Of a stretch of DNA of 64,000 bases, positions 9,981-21,500 are shown piece by piece. Below the pieces are notes generated by a model. That model worked only from the letters and a program-made list of their open reading frames with translations. It was not told where the DNA came from and made no database searches. Position 1 is the stretch's first letter; each line of letters begins with the position of its first letter. Where the stretch lies: NCBI GenBank assembly GCA_963921275.4, contig OZ001293.3, positions 2,848,001 through 2,912,000 of the forward strand, read 5' to 3'. Origin of the DNA: an uncultured Hormoscilla sp. Lineage in GTDB: Bacteria; Cyanobacteriota; Cyanobacteriia; Cyanobacteriales; Desertifilaceae. Both the position numbers and the translations under genes were made by a program.

Positions 9981-10318
9981 CTCCCCAGGCTGGATTCGAA
10001 CCAGCGACCAATCGGTTACACTTATCCCCACGTTTCCGCAGGGGGCGGACTATCTCATCATCCTGATGGGATGTCGGGCGCTTGTGGGATTTATTGGACA
10101 GGCTCCTCATCCCTAGTCTCTGCACCTTTCTGGCTACCTGTGGAAACCACCGCCTTTCGCCAGACTTGGCTCAGGATTACCGGCATCCTAAATGCTACGG
10201 CTTCCCTGAATTCACCCGATTTTCCACTATTCGTTACCGAATAGCGCTGCTAAGTCATCGATGCAGCACTTGCATCTGTTCCAAACAGCCGATCGCTCTA
10301 CCGCTGAGCTACTGAGGA
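9981..10318 (-). tRNA. trnN: tRNA-Asn(GTT), intron-containing (exons 10318-10285 and 10018-9981)
   Basis: Joined exons give TCCTCAGTAGCTCAGCGGTAGAGCGATCGGCTGT^TAACCGATTGGTCGCTGGTTCGAATCCAGCCTGGGGAG, a 72-nt cloverleaf with GTT anticodon. Confidence 0.93.
10019..10284 (-). ncRNA. Group I self-splicing intron (266 nt) in the tRNA-Asn anticodon
   Basis: 5' exon ends in U, intron ends in G; P/Q/R/S-like AATTCAGGGAA, AATCCTGAGC, GTGCAGAGACTA, GAGATAGTCC; P3 TCGGGTG/CGCCCGA; P7 GACTA/TAGTC; GNRA-capped P2 and P9. Confidence 0.9.
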
Positions 10319-10330
10319 TTGACATTTACT

Positions 10331-10360
10331 AATGTAGCAAGACTCGATCTGATTTGTCAA
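10331..10360 (-). promoter_or_regulatory. Sigma70-type promoter of tRNA-Asn
   Basis: TTGACA, 18 bp spacer, TACATT with TG extension. Confidence 0.6.
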
Positions 10361-10387
10361 CCCTTTTGGAAAAAAAATTTTTTTTTC

Positions 10388-10930
10388 CTATTTCAGACCC
10401 ATCCGCAACTGGGCGAGACGCGCTTGAGTGCTGGGGTCTAGGGATTTTACCATAAATCTGCTAGATGATTTTTTGGCTGGTAACTGGTGCCGGCCCACCT
10501 TACTGGTCATTGATGCCACCTCCGAGGCCAACTGAGTTGCGGAAATGCATTCTGCCCCATATCCCACCACCGTCACTTGCTGAACTTGGTCTGAGGTGAC
10601 CGCGATTATTCGCTGCCGGTACTTCCGCACATCGTCGCGAAACTTGGCACAGGTTATCTCTATATAAGAATCTGCTGTTTAGCCAAACTCAGTGTAATGG
10701 ACCGATAAGTTTTCCGTCACCACCTCGCGAGTCTTGGGGGTGTAATGAGCATCAAACACCAGGATAATCTCAAAACCCTGCCAGGCACTGTAATTAGTTA
10801 ACACCTCAACCAGCTGCTCGCGCGCCGCCTGTAGACCGTGGCGCGCGAGGGTCTTTTGCAGCGAAGTCCATGCTCCGATCACGTTGTAGCCGTCCACCAG
10901 CACAACTGCTTTTGGTAATGCCCGTCCCAT
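10388..10930 (-). pseudogene. NYN-domain (YacP/Rae1-like) ribonuclease with in-frame TAA
   Basis: VLVDGYNVIG, LVFDA, then HYTEFG*TADSYIE...IIAVTSD in the same frame across the stop at 10679-10681. Confidence 0.85.
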
Positions 10931-11449
10931 TGCTTTACATACTTATGGTTTAAATTCCTTTATATTTATTATTGCATTTTTTGTAGCGTTTTGTTAATTA
11001 CTCTTGACAAATTAGCCTACATTTACTTGTCAGTGGTCAGTTGTTAGTTGTCATATCTTCTCCGGGTAATTGCCCACACTTCCCGATCCCCCCAGGGTAA
11101 GCGCAAGAATCATGCTTGGGGCATCTATTATCAACTATCATGATAATGATTGCCTTCTTCTTGCTAATCTGGATCGCACATCGCGAGGACATCTCCACCT
11201 AATTTCAAGCACTGGTAACCGATCGCCTACACCTTACGCTGATACTAGATTGCGTCCAAAGTTGGTTAGGGTTCCACCACCCCCTCTATCTCTGGCATTA
11301 CCCAGTCACACAAGATCGAGGCTGGATGAATAGAGTAGGCCATTTGCAGTCCTTCTTTTCGGCGAACTAGCTCAAATCCCAAGTTTAGCAGCACCCTATC
11401 AATCGTTTTGAAGTTAATAAATCGCCACTTTACTTTAGTCCCCACAATA

Positions 11450-11960
11450 TTATCTTACCACTCCCTTGCCGCTGCTAGCAACTGTAATTATCTTTTTGTT
11501 GGCATTGCGTTTTTGCTCTTTGGACGGCCACTGGAAATGGGGATATAAGGGCGATCGCCATTGTTTTCGGTAATACCGTAATTGTGCCAATACTTCATCA
11601 GGTATATTGATTGTTTTTGCCAGACCAAAATATTTTTCCAGTAAGTGCAAAATCCCGAGCGCCCGTTGCATCGGCACTGGGTTACTCATCACTTTTATCG
11701 TCGAACCACTTTCTGCGCCTTTGATAAGTTTTTTTTCTGTCTTCATAAGATTCTGGATAATCCCAAGTAATATTTCCGATGGGGATCACTTTGCGGACAT
11801 CCAAATCCGATATTCCTCCTACCGCCGCGCCCCATCCCGCCAACTCCGCATGATGGGATTTACATAGAATCAGTCCCGTACCCTGGCGAGGCCCTATTCT
11901 CAGCATCTGTCCCGACTGGAACTGGAGCAACACTGGATTTTTTAATTGGATCTTGTTCAT
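11450..11960 (-). pseudogene. Frameshifted conserved cyanobacterial hypothetical protein
   Basis: Two overlapping ORFs (ILCKSHHAELAGWGAAVGG; PMQRALGILHLLEKYFG...IPDEVLAQL) that look like halves of one gene. Confidence 0.45.
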
Positions 11961-12299
11961 GGTTAATTTTTGATTTTTATTTTTTTTTTAAACAGGTTTT
12001 GCCTGGTCACGTCTTTCGCCATCAACCAGGAAATCTGCCCCGTTTTTTCTGATTACACCCCTTACTTACTCATTTTATCTTGCTCTGAGAGGAGAATCAT
12101 CCCTATTTCTACGCAATATCTTCACTTCTTAACAATTTTTAACTCCAATTCCCGAACAAACTTTCCGTGGCCCGCTTCGGCCTCTGTTGCCGCCAACTGG
12201 CTTCGATAAAAATACTTCCCAAAAAAATCTTTGTCAAGATTCCCCGAAATGATAAAATAAAAAGCTAATTGATTTAGGTATAAATTGGTAATACTGGCA

Positions 12300-12893
12300 G
12301 TGAACACACCTACCCACGCCATTGTCAATCTTAGCCTTCTCGGCAAACTGCCGCTGTCGCAGTTTAATCTACCGATTGTTATCGGCGGAATTATACCTGA
12401 CCTACCCATATTTGTTTTTTACTTCTGGGCCAAATTTGTCGGGAAATTACCAGAAAGTCAAATCTGGTCGAAGGCCTACTACCAACCGCTGTGCCAAAAT
12501 GCAGTAGCTCTATTTCATTCCATTCCCCTGGCTGTCATGGGATGGATAATTGGCTACTATGGGGGTTGGCAGACTATGCAAATCCTGTGCCTGAGTTTAA
12601 TACTACATTCCCTACTCGACTTGCCAGTACATAACTCGGACGCCCACCGGCACTTTTTCCCCTTCAGCAATTATCGCTTCATCAGTCCCCTCTCCTACTG
12701 GGACCGAGAGCATTATGGGAGCATAGTCGCCCTGATAGAATTATTGCTAGTTATAATTGCCACCTGCAATTGCTTCAGCTTTGTCCAGTCGGTGGTGGGG
12801 AAAGGACTAATGCTGGCAGTAAACCTATTTTACTTAATAGGCTATATCTATTTTTACGCCCGTTCCGGCCCGTTCAAGAGCGGCGAATATTAA
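12300..12893 (+). CDS. Membrane protein, putative membrane-bound metal-dependent hydrolase
   Basis: [37 protein letters not shown] with hydrophobic segments; probable GTG start. Confidence 0.65.
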   Translation: MNTPTHAIVNLSLLGKLPLSQFNLPIVIGGIIPDLPIFVFYFWAKFVGKLPESQIWSKAYYQPLCQNAVALFHSIPLAVMGWIIGYYGGWQTMQILCLSLILHSLLDLPVHNSDAHRHFFPFSNYRFISPLSYWDREHYGSIVALIELLLVIIATCNCFSFVQSVVGKGLMLAVNLFYLIGYIYFYARSGPFKSGEY

Positions 12894-13770
12894 AGCAACA
12901 CCATTCTTGGCGACGCCAGAGAGCTGCTACAATCCAGCCATGTTGCTCCAGCGTATCTGCCACAGGTTTAACTTGCTCTAACAGGACGCCACTAATAATG
13001 CCCCAAGTAGTAGGTTTGACTAGAGCCTCTAACTGGGGTACGATGTCAATAATCACTTCTGCGAGGATATTGCAGGTAATCCCATCCACTGGACCGGATG
13101 TAATTTCCAGCAGGCGCGAGATCCCACCGCGCTTGACATCGAGTAACTCATGACCCATCTGATTGAGATGACCATTGCTGCGAGTCGCGCGCACTGCCAT
13201 AGGGTCAATATCAACAGCATAGACCTTACTGGCGCCCAAGAGAATAGCGCCAATGGAGAGAATGCCCGAACCGCAGCCAATATCTGCCACTATCCTAGAA
13301 TCTCCGGTCTCATCTAAACCCAGACGCATTTCTAAAGCTTCTAGACATAGCTGAGTTGTCTCATGACCGCCCGTACCAAAAGCCACTCCTGGGTCCAAGC
13401 GCAATATCAACCGGTCCGATTCTCCTGGCACGGGCAACCAGGCCGGGTAGATTAAAAAGCGATCGCCAATTTTCAGAGGATGCCAATATTGCTTCCAGCT
13501 ACTAGCCCAGTCTTCCTCATCGATCAGATGCCACTGCAGTGCTGGCATTGTACCCGAAACCATCTGGGCATCCTGTTGCTGCCAAAGAGACAGAGCCGCC
13601 AAGTCTAGCAGTTGAGCATCTTCTTGAGGCAAATAAGCTTTCACTAGAGTAGCATTGCCTTTGATTTCACTGCTTGTCCCTTTACAGCCAAACTTTTCCA
13701 GACGCCAGAAGATTAAATCTTCCCAAACTGGTTCACAGAAAATCTGAATTTCCCACCAATGATTTGCCAA
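12874..13770 (-). CDS. prmA: Ribosomal protein L11 methyltransferase
   Basis: [34 protein letters not shown]. Confidence 0.95.
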   Translation of the reverse strand: MANHWWEIQIFCEPVWEDLIFWRLEKFGCKGTSSEIKGNATLVKAYLPQEDAQLLDLAALSLWQQQDAQMVSGTMPALQWHLIDEEDWASSWKQYWHPLKIGDRFLIYPAWLPVPGESDRLILRLDPGVAFGTGGHETTQLCLEALEMRLGLDETGDSRIVADIGCGSGILSIGAILLGASKVYAVDIDPMAVRATRSNGHLNQMGHELLDVKRGGISRLLEITSGPVDGITCNILAEVIIDIVPQLEALVKPTTWGIISGVLLEQVKPVADTLEQHGWIVAALWRRQEWCCFNIRRS

Positions 13771-14002
13771 AATCGCGCCAAGCCCTCATCCACCACATAA
13801 GAGTCAATCTTATCCCATTTTCGATGCACTCTCCAGAGATTGCCGCACGGAAGGCGGTTGTTGTGTCTCTTGGGAGCGCTACCGCACAAAAGGGGAGACA
13901 CAGCTCGGTAGTTGCTAGCATTTATCGGAGATGGTATCAATCGAGCGAGCAATTACGATCGTATTTGTCGTATTCGATCGAGAATTCTACCATCGTTTCA
14001 GA

Positions 14003-15583
14003 TTAAAGAGTTACCGTGTAGGCATCACGAATTCCTGGCACCTTTGAGATCTCATCCAAAATTCCTTCTGGTAGGGGGTCATCGAGGCTCAACACCATCA
14101 CCGCATCACCGCGCACAATTTGGCGACCGACCTGCATACTAGCGATATTGACATTAAAACTGCCCAGCAGGGAACCGATCTTACCAATCAGCCCAGGCAT
14201 ATCCCGGTGGCGGGTGAACAGCATATAGTTACTGGGAGGAACATTGATCGGGAAACCATCCACATTTGTGATGCGAATTTCACCATCTCCCAACAAAGCC
14301 CCCGTGACCGTATGATCTCCCAAAGAACCTTTAGCTTCCAGATGCAAGGAGCCAGTGTAATCCTTTTTGGAGGGATCTCGGGTTTCAATCACGTGAATTC
14401 CTCGTTCCTGGGCTTCAATGCTAGCATTGACATAATTAACCCGCTCTCGCAAAGCTTGAGACAGCAGACCCTTCAAGGCCGCTACCACCACTGGCTGACT
14501 TTGATTAGTTGCCAATTCTCCTTGCAGGCGCACATCCAGGAAATCAACCCTACCTCCGGCCAATTGGCCTACTAGCTTACCGAGGGTTTCCGCCAATTGC
14601 AAGTATGGTCTGAGCTGTTCGAGGGCATCGGGGTGCAGTCCGGGAATATTTACTGCCGATCGGGCGGGTAGGCCCAGCAGCAGATCTCGAATTTGCTCGG
14701 CTACATCCACGGCCACATTCTGTTGAGCTTCAGTGGTGGATGCTCCCAGGTGGGGAGTGAGGACAACTCCTTTATCAATGTCGCGCAAGGGCGAGTCACC
14801 CAAAGGTTCCGTTTCATAAACATCTAGGGCAGCACCAGCAATTTTACCTGACTGAAGCGCCTCTGCCAGGGCCGCCTCATCGATTATACCACCCCGAGCA
14901 CAGTTAATAATCCGAGCCGTTGGCTTCATTTTCGCCATTGCTGCGGCATCGATCAGGTGAGTCGTTTCTGGGGTTTTGGGGATATGGAGGGTAATGTAGT
15001 CCGCTTCTTGTAGCAGCACATCCATTTCTACCAGACGGCAGCCTAGCTGATCGGCTCGTTCTCTAGATATAAACGGATCGTAAGCCAACAGTTTCATACC
15101 CATGGCCTTGGCTGCGGTGGCCACATGGGAGCCAATTTTGCCCAAGCCAACTACGCCTAGAATTTTCTTATATACCTCAGTACCGATAAAGCTTTTACGG
15201 TCCCATTGACCGTTTTTGAGGGATTGGTTAGCCTGGGGAACGTGGCGCGAGAGAGACAGCATCAGGGCCAGGGCATGTTCGGCGGCAGCTATAGTATTGC
15301 CTTCCGGGGAGTTGACGACTACAATTCCTTTACGGGTAGCAGCTGGGACATCCACATTATCCACGCCTACACCGGCTCTGCCAATGATTTTCAGCTGTTC
15401 TCCAGCTTCGATCATCTCCTGGGTGACGCAAGTCCCCGATCGGATCATCAGAGCGTCGTAGTCGGGGATAATTTTGACTAATTCCGCCGGTGGCAGACCG
15501 GTTTTAATGTCTACCTGGGCAACTTGGGAGAGGATATCGATTCCAGCTTGGTCAATGGAGTCAGAGACTAGAACTTTAGGCAT
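14003..15583 (-). CDS. serA: D-3-phosphoglycerate dehydrogenase
   Basis: IGRAGVGVDN, GLGKIG, NCARGG, TPHLGAST, C-terminal ACT domain; real start MPKVLVSD at 15583. Confidence 0.96.
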   Translation of the reverse strand: MPKVLVSDSIDQAGIDILSQVAQVDIKTGLPPAELVKIIPDYDALMIRSGTCVTQEMIEAGEQLKIIGRAGVGVDNVDVPAATRKGIVVVNSPEGNTIAAAEHALALMLSLSRHVPQANQSLKNGQWDRKSFIGTEVYKKILGVVGLGKIGSHVATAAKAMGMKLLAYDPFISRERADQLGCRLVEMDVLLQEADYITLHIPKTPETTHLIDAAAMAKMKPTARIINCARGGIIDEAALAEALQSGKIAGAALDVYETEPLGDSPLRDIDKGVVLTPHLGASTTEAQQNVAVDVAEQIRDLLLGLPARSAVNIPGLHPDALEQLRPYLQLAETLGKLVGQLAGGRVDFLDVRLQGELATNQSQPVVVAALKGLLSQALRERVNYVNASIEAQERGIHVIETRDPSKKDYTGSLHLEAKGSLGDHTVTGALLGDGEIRITNVDGFPINVPPSNYMLFTRHRDMPGLIGKIGSLLGSFNVNIASMQVGRQIVRGDAVMVLSLDDPLPEGILDEISKVPGIRDAYTVTL

Positions 15584-15810
15584 GGTCTGGTTTTCGTTCT
15601 GGTAATGGGGATACTTTACTATTTTTAGACCCTGCCGATGTCTCCCGGGAGCGCTAACCGCACTACCCGGGAGACATAGCACGGTAATTGTGCAGATATG
15701 GGGCAGGCAGGGGTCGCAACAGTAGGATATTCTAGCGCTAAAGTGGTCAAGAGGATACCACTAGATTTTTTAGCTTTCGACTTCGTTTCGTCAATTGTGC
15801 AATCTCAATA

Positions 15811-16320
15811 ATGAATTATCTCATTGCAGTGTTAAGCGATCGCCTGCAGGCAGAAGCGGCCTACTCGGCTTTAGAAAAGGAGGGTTTCCCCCTGTCTCAA
15901 GTTACGCTCCTGGGGAGGGGGTACAAGAGTGCCGATGAGTTTGGTCTGATTGACCCCAATCTACAAGCCGTGAAGCGAGCGAGACTGATGTCATACTGGC
16001 TAGTCCCCTTTGGCTTTTTCGCTGGGGCTACATTCAGTCTCATCACTGGCTTAAATACCTTTGCCTGGGCGGGTGAATTCGGCAATCATGTCATTGGGGG
16101 CTTGTTAGGTGCTGGATCTGGGGCTCTGGGTGCTGCTGTTGTCGGTGGCGGGGTGAGCTTAATTACTGGTGGCGATGCTTTACCCTACCGCGATCGCCTG
16201 AATGCTGGCAAGTACCTGATTGTGGTCCAGGGGGCTGCAAGTCTTACCCGCAAGGCGACAAGCATCCTGCGCCAGTTTGAACCGGAGAACATTCAGGACT
16301 ATGTGGATCTTGAGAGTTGA
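15811..16320 (+). CDS. Conserved cyanobacterial membrane protein with glycine-zipper helices
   Basis: MNYLIAVLSDRLQAEAAYSAL..., GGLLGAGSGALGA, YRDRLNAGKYL. Confidence 0.7.
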   Translation: MNYLIAVLSDRLQAEAAYSALEKEGFPLSQVTLLGRGYKSADEFGLIDPNLQAVKRARLMSYWLVPFGFFAGATFSLITGLNTFAWAGEFGNHVIGGLLGAGSGALGAAVVGGGVSLITGGDALPYRDRLNAGKYLIVVQGAASLTRKATSILRQFEPENIQDYVDLES

Positions 16321-16346
16321 CTGGTCGCGTAGGACCGCTCGTTTGC

Positions 16347-16457
16347 CTGTCAGTGGTTAGTGGTTAGTGGTTAGTGGTTAGTGGTAAACTGACAACCGAC
16401 AACTGACAATTAACAACTAACAACCGACAACTGACAACTAACAACTAACAACTGACA
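16347..16457. repeat. Opposed heptamer arrays (GTGGTTA)n and (ACAACTG/ACAACTA)n, STRR-type
   Basis: Read directly; similar arrays at ~18300, 37570-37614 and 45400-45486. Confidence 0.85.
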
Positions 16458-16501
16458 TGGTATATGCTATAATTACCAGCAATTTAGTAGGATAAAAGCT
16501 C

Positions 16502-16870
16502 ATGAGTACAGATAGACTAGACCGGATTGAAGCCATTTTAGAACAGATGGCAGTTCAACGAGAAGCAGATCGCCAGGAGATGAGAGCACAACGAGAAGCA
16601 GATCGGCGGGAAATGGCAGAGTTAAGATCGACGGTCACATCCCTGGTGCAGACAGTTGAGTTACATCAGCGTTACCACGAGACAAGTCAGCGCAACTTTG
16701 AAAAAATTATGATCGAGATCAGAGAAATAAAAGCTGAGATCAGAGAAATTCAAGCTGAGATCAGAGAAATTCAAGCTCTGATCTCAAATATGCAAGCTGA
16801 GATCAGAGGTTTGCAGGTGGAGAACCGTCGGATTTTAGAGCGAGTGTTTGGTCCTGACTTCGATGTCTAA
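16502..16870 (+). CDS. Coiled-coil protein, copy 1
   Basis: TDRLDRIEAILE...ENRRILE; near-identical to 17059-17439. Confidence 0.7.
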   Translation: MSTDRLDRIEAILEQMAVQREADRQEMRAQREADRREMAELRSTVTSLVQTVELHQRYHETSQRNFEKIMIEIREIKAEIREIQAEIREIQALISNMQAEIRGLQVENRRILERVFGPDFDV

Positions 16871-17058
16871 ACAGATAGATAGGGTGGGATGCAGATGTGG
16901 TAGTGAATGAGAAAAGATGTTACCAAGGGAAGAACAGCTCAAAACTGTAGAAAATTGGGAAGGGGTGGCGCGATCGATGTCCAACTGAAAAAAATTGATA
17001 AGGGACAAGGCACATAGGATCTAGTAGAATAATTAGCAAGAAATTAGGAGAAAAGCTC

Positions 17059-17439
17059 ATGAGTACAGACAGACTAGACAGGATTGAAGCCATTCTCGAA
17101 CAGATGGCAGTTCAACGAGAAGCAGATCGGCAGGAGATGAGAGCACAACGAGAAGCAGATCGGCAGGAGATGAGAGCACAACGAGAAGCAGATCGGCGCG
17201 AAATGGCAGAGTTAAGATCGACGGTCACATCCCTGGTGCAGACAGTTGAGTTACATCAGCGTTACCACGAGACAAGTCAGCGTAACTTTGAACAAATAAT
17301 GATCGAGATCAGAGAAATACAAGCTGAGATCAGAGAAATACAAGCTCAGATTTCAAACATGCAAGCTGAGATCAGAGGTTTGCAGGTGGAGAACCGTCGG
17401 ATTTTAGAGCGAGTGTTTGGTCCTGACTTCGATGTCTAA
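17059..17439 (+). CDS. Coiled-coil protein, copy 2
   Basis: Tandem duplicate with different internal repeat counts; AGGAG RBS. Confidence 0.75.
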   Translation: MSTDRLDRIEAILEQMAVQREADRQEMRAQREADRQEMRAQREADRREMAELRSTVTSLVQTVELHQRYHETSQRNFEQIMIEIREIQAEIREIQAQISNMQAEIRGLQVENRRILERVFGPDFDV

Positions 17440-17485
17440 ACAGATATATAGGGTGGGATGCAGATGTTGTAGTGAATAAAAATAG

Positions 17486-18265
17486 ATGTTACCAAGGGAA
17501 GAACTGCTAAAAGCTGTAGAAAATCGAGAAGCGGTGGCGCGATCGATCGATTTGGCGGACCAGGCGATTAAAACCTGGGAGGTGGTGCTGACGGATTTTC
17601 TGAAACCACCGGTATTGGCTGAGTCCCAGCAGGTGTTGGGACAGTTAACGGAGGTGCAGCTAGTAGCTTGGGGTGGCTATCCGCAAGCGGAACGGAAAAG
17701 ATTGGCGATCGCCCGAGAAGAAATTCCTTTAGACTCTACTAACATTGAGGTGATAGCTTTAGAGATTGCGGGCAATTTCCTGTTTGATACGGCCAGTCAT
17801 CGGGATTTTCTGGGTGCGATGCTGGGAATGGGGATTGTGCGGGAAAAAACTGGCGATATTATTGTGCTGGGGGAACGGGGGGCACAGGCGATCGTGGTGC
17901 CGGAGATGGTAGGGTTTCTGGAGATGCATTTGATTAAGGTGCGATCGGTGCCAGTGACAACTAGACGCATTGAGTTGAACGAACTGAGGATTAGAGAACC
18001 GAAGCAGAAGCAGTTAACTACGGTAGAGGCGTCTCTGCGGTTGGATGCGATCGCCTCAGCAGGGTTTGGCATGTCCCGCAGCAAAATGGTAGATATGATT
18101 AATGCTGGAGACGTGCGAGTCAACTGGAAGGAAGTCACCAGCAGTTCTTATCAGGTCAAACCCGGAGATTTAATCGCCATTCGCGGTAAAGGACGCCTGG
18201 AAGTGGGCGAAGTTAGCGTCACCAAAAAGCAACGCTATAGTCTCGGACTGACGCGCTTTATGTAA
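17486..18265 (+). CDS. Photosystem II S4-domain RNA-binding protein (YlmH/Sll1252 family)
   Basis: TDFL, GGYPQAER, HRDFLGA, ASLRLDAIASAGFGMSRSK, IRGKGR. Confidence 0.92.
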   Translation: MLPREELLKAVENREAVARSIDLADQAIKTWEVVLTDFLKPPVLAESQQVLGQLTEVQLVAWGGYPQAERKRLAIAREEIPLDSTNIEVIALEIAGNFLFDTASHRDFLGAMLGMGIVREKTGDIIVLGERGAQAIVVPEMVGFLEMHLIKVRSVPVTTRRIELNELRIREPKQKQLTTVEASLRLDAIASAGFGMSRSKMVDMINAGDVRVNWKEVTSSSYQVKPGDLIAIRGKGRLEVGEVSVTKKQRYSLGLTRFM

Positions 18266-18540
18266 GTTGCGAATGGCTAATTGCTAATTGCCTATTAAAA
18301 ACTGACAACTGACAATTAATCATTAATAAAGGACAAAGCTTTTCCTATTATACAGTTAAGTCGGGTGCATCTCAATATTAGTAGGAACTGCCATATCACC
18401 AGATGCGCAGGCACTGTCCGCTCTTTCTGAGAGGCCCTCCCATGGCTAGCGCCCCCAGCGTAGCGCCATCGGATGCCTGAAGCATCATCCAGCGCATGTT
18501 CCAGGCATCGTGGTCATCGGGTTTGATTTCTATCGTTTTG

Positions 18541-21500
18541 TCATAGGATGCGAGCGTCCCTTTGTTTTGCCCGGTCTCGCGCTCGCATGGCTTCTATCAC
18601 CTCTTCCATCTTCTCGCAGTTCGTCTTGTAGGACTCCAAACGAAATAACAGAGAACTGGCTTTGATTTCTATCGCTTTGTCATAGGATGCGATCGCCTCA
18701 TCATACCTTGACAACTGATACAGCGCATTGCCACGGTTGTTCCAGGCGTTCCAGGCATGGTATAAATCTGGTTTGATTTCTATCGCTTTGTCATAGGATG
18801 CGATCGCCTCATCATACCTTGACAACTGATACAGCGCATTGCCACGGTGGTACCAGGCATAGTGGTCATCTGGTTTGATTTCTATCGCTTTGTCAAAGAA
18901 TGCGATCGCCTCATCATACCTTGACAACTGATACAGCGCATTGCCTCGGCGGATGTACCAGGCATCGTGGTCATCTCGTTTGATTTCTATCGCTTTGTCA
19001 TAGGATGAGATCGCCTTATCATGCCTTGACAACTTCCCCAGCACCTTGCTACGGTTGTTCCAGGCTTCGTGGAGATCTGGTTTGATTTCTATGGCTTTGT
19101 CATAGGATGCGAGCGCCTCATCATGCCTTGACAACTTCCTCAGCGCAATGCCACGGTTGTTCCAGGCTGAGTGGAAATCTGGTTTGATTTCTATCGCTTT
19201 GTCAAAGGATGCGAGCGCCTCATCATGCCTTGACAAGTTCTCCAGCGCATTGCCATGGTTGTACCAGGCTTCGTAGTCATCTGGTTTGATTTTTATCGCT
19301 TTGTCATAGGATGCGATCGCCTCTTCATACCTTGACAACTCATCCAGCGCAATGCCCCGGTTGTTCCAGGCATCGTAGTCATCTGGTTTGATTTTTATCG
19401 CTTTGTCATAGGATGCGATCGCCTCTTCATACCTTGACAACTGAAGCAGCGCATAGCTCCGGTGCCACCAGGCTGAGTGGAAATCTGGTTTGATTTCTAC
19501 CGCTTTGTCATAGGATGCGAACGCCTCATCATACCTTGACAACTCATCCAGCGCCTTGCCACGGTTGTACCAGGCATTGCCCCAGATGTACCAGGCTTCG
19601 TCGTAATCAGGTTTGAATTCTTCCTTAATATCAGGTTTTATTTCTTCCTCAAGCGTATCATAATACCTTGACACCCTCGCCCCATACTGCCTCCGCTGCT
19701 CCTGCTGCCTCCGCTGCTCCCGCTGCTCCCGGACCCGGGCGTTCCAGGCTTTGCGGTCACGTCGCCAGGCTTCGTAGTCATCTGGTTTGATTTCTATCGC
19801 TTTGTCATAGGATGCGATCGCCTCATCATACCTTGACAACTGATACAGCGCCTTGCCCCGGTTGTTTCAGGCTTCGTAGTCATCTGGTTTGATTTCTATC
19901 GCTTTGTCATAGGATGCGATCGCCTCATCATACCTTGACAACTCATCCAGCGCCTTGCCCCGGTGCCACCAGGCTGAGTGGAAATCTGGTTTGATTTCTA
20001 TCGCTTTGTCATAGGATGCGATCGCCTCATCATACCTTGACAACTGATACAGCGCCTTGCCCCGGTTGTTCCAGGCTTCGTAGTCATCTGGTTTGATTTC
20101 TATCGCTTTGTCATAGGATGCGATCGCCTCATCATACCTTGACAACTCATCCAGCGCCTTGCCCCGGTGCCACCAGGCTGAGTGGAAATCTGGTTTGATT
20201 TCTATCGCTTTGTCATAGGATGCGATCGCCTCTTCATACCTTGACAACTGATACAGCGCCTTGCCCCGACGCCACCAAGCTGATTGGTCATCTGGTTTGA
20301 TTTCTATCGCTTTGTCAAAGGATGCGAACGTCTCATCATACCTTGACAAGTTCTCCAGTGCATTACCCCGGTTATACCAGGATGGGTGGTCATCTGGTTT
20401 GATTTCTATCGCTTTGTCATAAGATCCGATCGCCTCTTCATGCCTTGACAACTTCCCCAGCGCATAGCCCCGGCGCCACCAGGCTGGGTGGTCATCTGGT
20501 TTGATTTCTATCGCTTTGTCATAGGATCCGATCGCCTCATCATACCTTAACAACTTCTCCAGCGCATTGCCACTGTGCCACCAGGCTGAGTGGTCATCTC
20601 GTTTGATTTTTATCGCTTTGTCATGGGATGCGAACGCCTCATTATACCTTGACAACTTCTCCATCGCCTTGCCCCGGTTGTCCAGGCATCGTAGTCATCT
20701 GGTTTGATTTCTATCGCTTTGTCAAAGGATGCGATCGCCTCATCATACCTTGACAACTGATACAGCGCCTTGCCACGGTGCCACCAGGCTGAGTGGTCAT
20801 CTGGTTTGATTTCTATCGCTTCGTCAAAGGATTCGATCGCCTCATCATACCTTGACAACTGATACAGCGCATAGCCCCGGTGCCACCAGGCTGAGTGGTC
20901 ATCTGGTTTGATTTCTACCGCTTTGTCAGAGGATGCGAACGCCTCATCATACCTTGACAACTGATACAGCGCATAGCCCCGGTGCCACCAGGCTGAGTGG
21001 TCATCTGGTTTGATTTCTACCGCTTTGTCAAAGGATGCGAGCGCCTCATCATACCTTGACAACTGAAGCAGCGCATTGCCCCGGTTGTACCAGGCATCGT
21101 AGTTATCTCGTTTGATTTTTATCGCTCTGTCATAGGATGCGATCGCCTCATCATACCTTGACAACTGATACAGCGCCTTGCCCCGGTTGTTCCAGGCTTC
21201 GTAGTCATCTGGTTTGATTTTTATCGCTTTGTCATAGGATGCGATCGCCTTATTATACCTTGACAACTGAAGCAGCGCATAGCTCCGGTGCCACCAGGCT
21301 GAGTGGAAATCTGGTTTGATTTCTACCGCTTTGTCATAGGATGTGAACGCCTCATCATACCTTGACAACTCATCCAGCGCCTTGCCACGGTTGTACCAGG
21401 CATTGCCCCAGATGTACCAGGCTTCGTCGTAATCAGGTTTGAATTCTTCCTTATCAGGTTTGATTTCTTCCTTAAACGTATCATACCTTGACACCCTCGC

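Noticed and set aside
10082..10315. 77-aa ORF as an intron-encoded homing endonuclease
   Set aside because: Antisense to the intron, overlaps the tRNA exon, and has no nuclease motifs.
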